In this document: positions 9,292-17,001 of the stretch, piece by piece
How the letters are laid out: each line of letters begins with the position of its first letter
How positions within the stretch are numbered: the stretch's first letter is position 1
Source: an uncultured Candidatus Saccharibacteria bacterium
GTDB lineage: Bacteria > Patescibacteriota > Doudnabacteria > UBA920
Assembly: GCA_964556325.1 (NCBI GenBank)
Contig: CAZKVS010000006.1
Location: forward strand, 1-56,876
Length of the DNA: 56,876 bases
Direction of reading: 5' to 3'
Position numbers and translations under genes: made by a program
The notes under the pieces: generated by a model
The model's input: the letters and a program-made list of their open reading frames with translations, nothing else
The model's database searches: none
Told to the model about the DNA's origin: nothing

Positions 9292-9648
9292 TCACCTGCT
9301 GACCTTTCTAGATGAATACTTTACGCGGCGCAGACGTGCGCAATGATTCGTAAAATATTTGTCCAGGAAGACAAGATAACCTCAACCCTTCCGCACATTT
9401 ACGTGTACTTTTCTATATCCCAGGAGGATATATTTTAGAGAGATTATTGTTTAGTATTGCGGATGGTTTATTTTTGGCCTTGAGTGCAATTGCATGCAAG
9501 CTGTCCGAGAAAAGTAAGAGTGTAAAAGCCTTAAACTTTTACTTTGTTACTTTTCTCGGCAGGTATCTGTGTGTTCCCAACAGCGGGAACTTGCAGTGCG
9601 GCCAAAACCAATCAACCGCGACGCTTTAATCGGCGGCGCGATTTTTTT
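9292..9648 (+). ncRNA. long structured leader or stand-alone ~360-nt RNA (unknown class) ending in an intrinsic terminator
   Basis: An extended hairpin pairs 9505-9517 with 9547-9559 (13 bp perfect) and has an inner 7-bp helix (9522-9528/9536-9542). A terminator-like stem pairs CGCGACGC 9617-9624 with GCGGCGCG 9633-9640 (one A/G mismatch) and is followed by T7 at 9642-9648. No convincing ORF is present. Confidence 0.35.
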
Positions 9649-9677
9649 CAACTTCCAAACCTTTTACAAGGAGAATT

Positions 9678-10718
9678 ATGCTGTCAATGAAAAAATTCGT
9701 GACCGCGATGTTTGCTATCGCGGTTTTGTTATCAACAATGGCGACTTTTGCCTCAGCGCAAGCGACGGAAGAACAGGCGCAAGAACAAGTGCAGCGGCTC
9801 GACGACCATTTTGCTTCAAAGGCGGTGGTGCAACAGCAGTCGTTTGCGATTACGCAATCTGCCGCGGCCAAGGCAAAGATCATTATCACCGGCGGCCCCT
9901 CGGGGACTGTTGTCAACCAGGCATACGCTGCGACGTTTCCGAATCAAGCGCAGCCCTTATTGCTCTCGTTGGAAGGTGGAGTCGGTACGTGCCGTCTGCA
10001 CAACACCTATACCGGCGAAACCTGGTCGAATGTGACTATGCCCAGAGCGTTTGCTCCCACCTTGGACGAGTCAGGAGAAACACTTCTGATTGGCGGGTAC
10101 ATTACCGCCGACTGCGGAAACGGAGCGCAGACAGCTTCGCTGTTTGTTCATTTGTTCAACCGGTTCGGCATGATGGCTGTGTCTGAAGGGGATACGACCA
10201 GCGGTGCAACAGGTTCCTCGAAACGTTTTTATGCGGTGAGTTTCGTTGCAAGTCGCAAGTTTACGTGGACTGCTCCTGGTGGCTCTCCGTCGAGTGGTGT
10301 ATCGGACGAAATTTTCAACGTCTCGTTTCCCACTGGCGGGGTTCGCGATATTGAGACGACGTTCGGTCCGGCACCGGATCGGGGCGGCCATAAGTTTAGC
10401 ACTCGTTTGGCTTTTTATGCCATTGGGTCGTCTGCGCTGTCATTCTCCCGCGATCGAACCGGAATCACGCTTACCGCATCCGAGGAAGCTGATGTTATGG
10501 CCGGTATCCTGACCTTGCAAGTCAGGTACGCGCGTTCCATTCAAACTTTCAACCTGAACGTCCCCGGCGTAACAGCCGGAGAAAAACTTCGGGTTGACTT
10601 ACCCAACAACGCCGAAGCGGCCACCATTGTTGCGACTTACACCACCGACGAAGAATCGCCCTGCACCTGGGCGCGGAAGTTGCCCGCAATGCAACGCCCC
10701 TCCATGCCGGAGCGATAA
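9678..10718 (+). CDS. secreted hypothetical protein (signal peptide; no recognisable domain), possibly horizontally acquired
   Basis: 346 aa. AAGGAGA lies 5 nt upstream of the ATG and is the only strong SD seen in the window. The signal peptide is KKFVTAMFAIAVLLSTMATFASAQA. The region appears GC-rich, with several long spurious ORFs overlapping in other frames. Confidence 0.7.
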   Translation: MLSMKKFVTAMFAIAVLLSTMATFASAQATEEQAQEQVQRLDDHFASKAVVQQQSFAITQSAAAKAKIIITGGPSGTVVNQAYAATFPNQAQPLLLSLEGGVGTCRLHNTYTGETWSNVTMPRAFAPTLDESGETLLIGGYITADCGNGAQTASLFVHLFNRFGMMAVSEGDTTSGATGSSKRFYAVSFVASRKFTWTAPGGSPSSGVSDEIFNVSFPTGGVRDIETTFGPAPDRGGHKFSTRLAFYAIGSSALSFSRDRTGITLTASEEADVMAGILTLQVRYARSIQTFNLNVPGVTAGEKLRVDLPNNAEAATIVATYTTDEESPCTWARKLPAMQRPSMPER

Positions 10719-10914
10719 TTCGTCCCAACGATAACTCTCAATATTCCACCACCCTTACCCGGTGGTAAAAGCCCAGCACAAATAACACACTACTACAATT
10801 GTGTGACCTATCTGTTGCTGGGCTTTTAGGTTGCCTATTTTTAAAATATCGTCTGTAATCGTGATATAATATTACTAATTGGGAGAGAGTGTATTTTAAG
10901 AAACAAATTAGGCT

Positions 10915-11451
10915 ATGAAAAAACAATACATTTTTTTTGCTGTACTCATGGTCGTGCTAGTGCTTGTGGGGACGAAGTTGGTTATAGATTCTCGTAGTTC
11001 AGAACAAGCAGCGGAACCGGTCGTAGAACATCAAGAGCCTGTAAATACAGTTACCAACCAACCGCCGAAAGACCAAAACTCAGTTAAAAAAGGTATACGT
11101 CGGTTTGTGTTTGCTTCCGCGGATAAAACTATTACCGGTGATGGTTCTATAACCCTTAAAGACACACTTACTTCGGTTGGTTTGAGGCTTATTACAGCAC
11201 CCAAACCACCTACCGGTATGGTCTATGAGGCATACTTAGTTACGGGTACACAGCCTGCCGTGTTTATGGGTGAGTTAAAAGAAGTAACTACAAAAAGTCA
11301 AAAATACCTATGGGCGGGTCCGGGTTTGTTGGATTGGTACAAGGCAGACAAGGTTGTAGTAACCAAACGTAAGCCTGTTGATCCGCGACCGGGGCAAATT
11401 GTAGTTGAAGCCAAGATTAGTGTGGAAGAGTTTTTCACACAGCCTAAGTAG
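10915..11451 (+). CDS. hypothetical membrane-anchored protein
   Basis: 178-aa ORF with an N-terminal TM helix (IFFAVLMVVLVLVGTKLVI). It lies directly upstream of the second giant gene. Confidence 0.55.
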   Translation: MKKQYIFFAVLMVVLVLVGTKLVIDSRSSEQAAEPVVEHQEPVNTVTNQPPKDQNSVKKGIRRFVFASADKTITGDGSITLKDTLTSVGLRLITAPKPPTGMVYEAYLVTGTQPAVFMGELKEVTTKSQKYLWAGPGLLDWYKADKVVVTKRKPVDPRPGQIVVEAKISVEEFFTQPK

Positions 11452-11460
11452 TGAGTAAGT

Positions 11461-14400
11461 ATGGTTAAAAGGTTCTCGTTTTTGAATATATTGAGTGGTG
11501 TACTAACAAGCAAGGCAGGATTGTTTGTGGTGGCCTTTGTAGCGGCTATTTTCCTGGCTCAGGTTCCTGTGTTTGTCCACACTGTTCAAGCCGCGCCGGG
11601 AAGTCCTCAAAGTTTAACCTGCGGGGCGACTTTTAATGGCAGCAATGGAAGGTGGGACGTTACCGCAAGCTGGTCGTTTGTGCATAATCCAACGCCCTGG
11701 CCTTATGGTACAAATTATTTTTTGGGTATATCAGGACATGGGGATGGTACTATGACGGGTGTGGACGAATCAGGTACCGCCAGCTTTAGTTTTTTGGGTA
11801 GTGCTGGTCCGTTTACCGCTTCGATTACAAATTGGGAGGCACTAGAAGAAATTACCGCCGATTGTGGTGGTGGCACGCCTCCAACACCTCCGACAGTCAC
11901 TTTGAGTGCGTCTCCCACGTCGGGGGTGTATCCAACGTTTGCCGGTTTAAGTTGGAGCACTACAAACAACCCTACTAGTTGTACTGCAGGAGGGGATTGG
12001 TCAGGTAGTAAATCAATTTCCGGTGGAAGCGAGACTGTGGGATACCCTTCCGCGGGCCACCATGATTACACTATTTCTTGCACTAATGATGGAGGCACTG
12101 CCAATGCCAGCGCGAGTATAGATATTAGCGCGCCGGGCCCTGCGGTAACGTTGACCGCCACGCCAAATCCGGTTACGTATAATGCAACCACGACGCTTGG
12201 CTGGAGCTCGGATTACACCTCGGAGTGTGTTGCAACCCAAGGACCTGGTTTTTCTACCGGTTCAGGTTCGCCCACTACGGGGTCAGATACCTCTACGGCT
12301 TTAACTTCCGCTGCTACTTTTACCGTTTTTTGCGATGGTCCGCAAGGTTCGGTAAGCGACACCCAAGTGGTAAATGTGCAACCGCACTGTACGAGTAGTG
12401 CGGCTGCTACGCCAACTGTTTCTATCGCAGCCGGAACTCAATATGTGTACGCATACGGAGTAGTGAACGCAACTTCCGTATCGTTTCCTACCTGGGGTGA
12501 TGTAAACGCTCAAGACGACATTATTTGGTACGCCGGAACTAATATAGGCGGGGGAACATGGCGTGCGACGGTAAATTTAAATAGTCATAGCCCGGGTAAC
12601 CCTGAATATGGCAACATAAATACACATGTGTATATGAGCGGGTCTGGGTACACGAACACCTGGTGTGGTACGGCCAACTTTACACTTAATTCATCTCCGG
12701 TTGTTGCGCAAATATACACTCGTGTATCCGGTACAACTCCTTGGCTTAAGAGCGTAGTAGTTGCTCCCGGAACGCAGGTGGATTATATGTGGACTTCTGC
12801 CGGTGGCTCTTCATATTCTTCTACTTACACTGCTAATCCTTTAGCGACGTATTGTGGCAGTGTGCCTCCCACGGGTGGGTGGATTGCCAATAGTAGTTCG
12901 GGTACAAGTTTAAATAATACGACTCAAGCTTGTCAAAATGGTATTGTATTCACTCTCTTGTACTCCGTGAATGGCGGCGCGGCAACGGATAGCGTGACGG
13001 TTACAGTCAATAGTACCGGTGCTATTCCTGCAGGGTCTTTAACGCTGAGTCAAACGCCAAATTGTACCGTAACCCCACCCGCTACAACGTGTGACCCGAT
13101 TCCAACGGTGAATTGGATAACCACTAATACAGTATATTCTCAGGTTTTGGTGAGCGTAAATGGCGGGGCAGACTCACTCTTTAACGCGGGTTGTGCTGCG
13201 AGCGGCGGCCCACTTGATCGTACGGTGGCCTCGGGTGAAACGCATGCATTTAAGCTGTATGCGGCGCCTAACTGTTTTGATTCGCCGGGCGGCTCTTTAA
13301 CCGGTGATATTACCGTACTTTGGGACTCCGCAAACGGCGCCGTACCATCCGGTTGGACGTGTATTTCTTGTAATCCTGGAGATGCGTATTACCATTATTT
13401 CCTGAGAGGGGATGCTACGGCCGGCACAACCGGGGGGAGTGATACGGGCTCTCATACTTTGACTTACCAATCGGCAACTTCGGGGGCTACCACGTTGGCT
13501 CCGTCTGGTTCAAATGCTGCGGGCGGCTCTCACGCGCATTCTTGGCCAAATTTAGCTACGACAACGGACAGCATTGTTCCCGCGTACAAGCAATTGCAAC
13601 TAATCAAGCGAACCAATCCACCGTATATCCCGGCAAACGCCATAGCGTTGTTTGAGGCCTCTGTCCCGTCGGGCTGGACTCGGTATTCTAGCCTAGATGG
13701 GCTGTATCTGCGCGGAGGGGAGAATAACGCTACCGGTGGGAGTTCGACGCATGCGCATACCACCATTGCTAATGTGTCCGGTGGGCCGAGCGGTGGGAGT
13801 GCGGGCGGTAGTGGTAGTGGTAGAATTCCCGCAAGTAACTTCCATACGCATTCGCTTGATGCCACAGGTTTGAGCGCGAGCAATAATAGTCCGCCGTATG
13901 TGCAAGTGGTGTTTGGGAAAATTTCTGCAAACGGTCCGGCGCCGGCAGGTATGGTTGCTTTCTTTGATGGTAGTGTGCCCACTGGATGGTCTTGTGTTTC
14001 CTGCGCAGCCGGAGATGTGTATTATCAGCGACTATTGGTTGGGGCGGCAAACTTTGGTTCGACAGGTGGTGTGGCCACACATGATCATGGCGGTGGTTTG
14101 GTTATTACGAGCGGCGGTCCGAGTATGACCACCTCTACGGGTTCGACTTCTGGTAGCAGTCCGGCAAGTAGCAGTCATGCGCATGCTGTAACGTATACTG
14201 TGGGCTCTCAAAGCAGCTGGCCGGCTTATAAGACAATAAAGCTTGGACGATACACTGCGTTTACATTGCTCGACACCAAGAGCGTAACTGGAGTGACTGC
14301 TGCGTCTCCGGCTATTTTGATTTCCTCTAACAAAGATGTAGTTGAGGTGGATGGTGAAGATGTGCCTTTTGTCTATAATGATTCCGTGGCCACCGCGAAT

Positions 14401-14901
14401 ATTGCAGACTCTGTAGGTGAAGGTAGTATTGTTAAGTTCGCTATTCATATTCGCAACACTGGCCCGGGTATGGTGAGCAGTGATTTTGTCGTGGAGGATA
14501 CTATTGCTAACCTGGTTAAAAATACAACCGACTGGGGTGCGCAAATTTATTGCAATGATACTGGTTTGACAATACCGTGTGATATTTCAGAATACGAGCT
14601 TCTGACTCCGGTACCATACGATTCTGTCACTGGCAAAATTACTTTTACCATTCAGAACAACGGAGGTAAGTTGGGGAACGGAGACTTTATTAGTTTAGTG
14701 TATTCTGCTAAAACGCAGGGCGCCACCGGTACAAGCTCTTCCATCTTCCGGTTTAAGAATGAAGCAAAAATTATCTATACGGACCCCGTGAACGGCGCAA
14801 GTTTTGTAGACTGTTCAAGCGGAGGCTCTACCTGTCCGCTGAGGACGCCGGCGGTGTTGTTCTTCCGTGATTTATCTATTCCATTCTTGCAGGAACGTTA
14901 A
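11461..14901 (+). CDS. giant secreted protein: Ig-like modules, three tail-collar (MdpB)-like repeats, C-terminal DUF11-like domain
   Basis: 1146 aa with a signal/TM segment (LFVVAFVAAIFLAQVPVFVHTVQA). Three repeats carry VPSGWT / VPSGWTRY / VPTGWSC followed by Gly-rich HxH segments (GGSHAHSW, SSTHAHTT, ATHDHGG, SSHAHAV) and PxY..hh tails (VPAYKQLQLIK, PPYVQVVFGKI, WPAYKTIKLGRY). The C-terminal part resembles the C-terminus of ORF 544-6036. Confidence 0.8.
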   Translation: MVKRFSFLNILSGVLTSKAGLFVVAFVAAIFLAQVPVFVHTVQAAPGSPQSLTCGATFNGSNGRWDVTASWSFVHNPTPWPYGTNYFLGISGHGDGTMTGVDESGTASFSFLGSAGPFTASITNWEALEEITADCGGGTPPTPPTVTLSASPTSGVYPTFAGLSWSTTNNPTSCTAGGDWSGSKSISGGSETVGYPSAGHHDYTISCTNDGGTANASASIDISAPGPAVTLTATPNPVTYNATTTLGWSSDYTSECVATQGPGFSTGSGSPTTGSDTSTALTSAATFTVFCDGPQGSVSDTQVVNVQPHCTSSAAATPTVSIAAGTQYVYAYGVVNATSVSFPTWGDVNAQDDIIWYAGTNIGGGTWRATVNLNSHSPGNPEYGNINTHVYMSGSGYTNTWCGTANFTLNSSPVVAQIYTRVSGTTPWLKSVVVAPGTQVDYMWTSAGGSSYSSTYTANPLATYCGSVPPTGGWIANSSSGTSLNNTTQACQNGIVFTLLYSVNGGAATDSVTVTVNSTGAIPAGSLTLSQTPNCTVTPPATTCDPIPTVNWITTNTVYSQVLVSVNGGADSLFNAGCAASGGPLDRTVASGETHAFKLYAAPNCFDSPGGSLTGDITVLWDSANGAVPSGWTCISCNPGDAYYHYFLRGDATAGTTGGSDTGSHTLTYQSATSGATTLAPSGSNAAGGSHAHSWPNLATTTDSIVPAYKQLQLIKRTNPPYIPANAIALFEASVPSGWTRYSSLDGLYLRGGENNATGGSSTHAHTTIANVSGGPSGGSAGGSGSGRIPASNFHTHSLDATGLSASNNSPPYVQVVFGKISANGPAPAGMVAFFDGSVPTGWSCVSCAAGDVYYQRLLVGAANFGSTGGVATHDHGGGLVITSGGPSMTTSTGSTSGSSPASSSHAHAVTYTVGSQSSWPAYKTIKLGRYTAFTLLDTKSVTGVTAASPAILISSNKDVVEVDGEDVPFVYNDSVATANIADSVGEGSIVKFAIHIRNTGPGMVSSDFVVEDTIANLVKNTTDWGAQIYCNDTGLTIPCDISEYELLTPVPYDSVTGKITFTIQNNGGKLGNGDFISLVYSAKTQGATGTSSSIFRFKNEAKIIYTDPVNGASFVDCSSGGSTCPLRTPAVLFFRDLSIPFLQER

Positions 14902-14980
14902 GCGGCTCGGGACACTAAGGGCTCGGGAACCATAACACCTCGTAATTGCAACGGCGGGGGTAATTTTGTATACTTATCAC

Positions 14981-15122
14981 ATATGTTCGGTAGAGCTTCT
15001 TCACACAGTGAGTGTTTTATAACGTGTGTGAGCGGATTTTTATCGGACTAAATTATTGAATAATTACCTCTATTTGTTCGCAAGTCAGGTAGAACAAATG
15101 CGAAGAAGTCTTACCGGGTATG
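14981..15122 (+). promoter_or_regulatory. 5' clamp leader, copy 3: contains mini-ORF 14983-15051; encloses the gatC start
   Basis: TTCGGTA (14986-14992) pairs with TACCGGG (15112-15118) using two U-G wobbles that work only on the + strand RNA. CTTCTTC (14996-15002) pairs with GAAGAAG (15102-15108). TATACT at 14969-14974 lies 8 nt before ATG 14983. Confidence 0.55.
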
Positions 15123-15401
15123 TTAACCAAAGAAGAAGTAGCAAAAGTGGCTGTTTTGGCTAGGATTAGCTTGACGGAAGCTGAGGTGGAAAAGTTTCAG
15201 CATGACCTTTCCGCTGTTTTAGACTATGTGGCAGAGCTAAACCAGGTGAATATAGACGGAGTAGAAGAAGTATCACAAGTAACGGGACTGGTGAATGTGC
15301 AACGAGACGATGTAGCCGTGGTGTTTGAAGACCTGCAGGCTATAACTAGCCAAGCGCCGGAAACGAAAGATGGCTACTATAAGGTAAAAGCAATACTGTA
15401 A
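15120..15401 (+). CDS. gatC: Asp/Glu-tRNA(Asn/Gln) amidotransferase subunit C
   Basis: 93 aa with a typical GatC sequence (VAKVAVLARISLTEAEVEKFQHDLSAVLDYV). It is followed by gatA and gatB. Confidence 0.9.
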   Translation: MLTKEEVAKVAVLARISLTEAEVEKFQHDLSAVLDYVAELNQVNIDGVEEVSQVTGLVNVQRDDVAVVFEDLQAITSQAPETKDGYYKVKAIL

Positions 15402-15403
15402 AG

Positions 15404-15491
15404 AATTTCCAATACCCAATTACTAATTTCCAATGTCAGAAAATGGATATTGGACATTTCATTGGAAATTGGGTATTAGAAATTGGAAATT
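15404..15491. repeat. word hairpin, family TTCCAAT/AATTACC (gatC-gatA spacer)
   Basis: AATTTCCAATG (15425-15435) pairs with CATTGGAAATT (15460-15470). The flanking arms are built from the same words. The family recurs at 52617-52690 and inside gatB (~17335-17372). Confidence 0.7.
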
Positions 15492-15500
15492 TGTTGTTTT

Positions 15501-16988
15501 ATGGATTTTGAACATTTAGAACTTCACGAATTACGGGAAAAATTAGATAAGAAAGAAATAACTTCAGTCGAACTGACTGAGTATTTTTTGGCACGTATAG
15601 AAAAGTTGAACCCTGCATTAAATGCCTTTGTTACAGTAGTTCGAGAAGAGGCTTTAGAGCAGGCCCGCAGAGCGGATGAATATATTAGTTCTCCAGGAGA
15701 AAACCCTCCCTTATGCGGAATCCCTTTTGCGGCTAAAGATTTATTTTGTACGGTAGGCATTCGAACGACTGCAAGTTCAAAAATTTTGGATCAGTACAAG
15801 CCACCCTATGACGCCACTGTCATTGCAAAGCTCAAAGAACAAAAAGCAGTCCTTGTTGGAAAAACTAATCTAGACCAATTTGCTCATGGGTCTTCCACCG
15901 AAACTTCTGCGTATGGTCCCACCAAAAACCCCTGGGATGCAACCCGTATTCCGGGTGGGTCTTCGGGTGGTAGTGCGGCCGCAGTTGCAGCAGGTCTCGT
16001 GCCGTGGGCGCTTGGTACAGAAACTGGTGGCAGCATTCGCCAGCCATCAAGCTTGTGTGGTATTTCGGGTTGGAAACCAACGTATGGTCGGGTAAGTCGA
16101 CATGGGGTTATTGCCATGGCTTCGAGCTTGGATAGTCCGGGTGCGCATGCAAAATCGGTGGCAGATTTAATAACTTTGGCTAACGTTATAGCTGGCCCTG
16201 ACCCCAAGGACTCTACTACGGGCGACCATCCTGTTCACTATTCACTGTCCACTGTTCACTCTCTTTCCGGTTTGCGCATTGGTATTCCCAAAGAATATTT
16301 TCCGGAGGGCCTCCAAGACGAGGTAAAGCAACGAGTCATGGAAGCAACAGAGGAACTGCGAAAGCTCGGTGCTGAATTAGTAGAAGTAGAATTGCCTCAC
16401 ACCAAGTACGGTTCTCTCGTATATGCTATTGTAGCGCCGGCGGAAATTGCCTCCAATTTGTCTCGGTACGACGGTATTCGATATGGTCACGTAACTAGTG
16501 ACGCAAAAAATTTGTTAGAGGTGTACGAGAAATCTCGATCGGAAGGTTTTGGCGACGAAGCCAAGCGACGTATTATGACGGGTACCTATGTACTTTCTGC
16601 AGGGTATTATGATGCATATTATAAACGGGCACAAAAAGTGCGACGGCTCATTATAAACGAGTTTGCTGAAGTGTTTAAACAAGTTGATGTGCTCGTTGCT
16701 CCATCGAGCCCGACAGTAGCAAATACGCTTGGTAAGGCTGCAGATGATCCTTTGTTTGGATATATTGCAGACCAGTTGAATATTCCGTCTTCGCTCGCTG
16801 GGTTACCTGCCTTGTCTGTTCCGTGTGGTTTTGCAAAACCGCTGGAAGGAAATCAACCATCCTTAGATGGTATGCCCGTGGGTTTGCAGATAATTGGTCC
16901 GCAATGGAGTGAGCAGAAAGTGTTCGATGTTGGTCTTGCGTATCAGTCCGCTACTGAGTGGCATACGAAACATCCGAATTTGGAATAA
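15501..16988 (+). CDS. gatA: Asp/Glu-tRNA(Asn/Gln) amidotransferase subunit A
   Basis: Amidase signature GGSSGGSAAAVAAG, plus KDLFCTVGIRTTASSKIL. The start is taken at ATG 15501; the track ORF begins at a TTG inside the hairpin. Confidence 0.92.
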   Translation: MDFEHLELHELREKLDKKEITSVELTEYFLARIEKLNPALNAFVTVVREEALEQARRADEYISSPGENPPLCGIPFAAKDLFCTVGIRTTASSKILDQYKPPYDATVIAKLKEQKAVLVGKTNLDQFAHGSSTETSAYGPTKNPWDATRIPGGSSGGSAAAVAAGLVPWALGTETGGSIRQPSSLCGISGWKPTYGRVSRHGVIAMASSLDSPGAHAKSVADLITLANVIAGPDPKDSTTGDHPVHYSLSTVHSLSGLRIGIPKEYFPEGLQDEVKQRVMEATEELRKLGAELVEVELPHTKYGSLVYAIVAPAEIASNLSRYDGIRYGHVTSDAKNLLEVYEKSRSEGFGDEAKRRIMTGTYVLSAGYYDAYYKRAQKVRRLIINEFAEVFKQVDVLVAPSSPTVANTLGKAADDPLFGYIADQLNIPSSLAGLPALSVPCGFAKPLEGNQPSLDGMPVGLQIIGPQWSEQKVFDVGLAYQSATEWHTKHPNLE

Positions 16989-17001
16989 CAAATTACGATT
17001 T

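Noticed and set aside
9447-10512. ORFs 9447-9629 (60 aa), 9569-10186 (205 aa), 9626-9916 (-), 9712-10035, 10071-10391 (-) and 10246-10512.
   Set aside because: All overlap the leader or the 346-aa secreted-protein ORF in other frames. They are Arg/Cys/Ser-rich and lack start signals. The AGGAGG at 9423-9428 is 18 nt from the TTG of the 60-aa ORF, which is too far.
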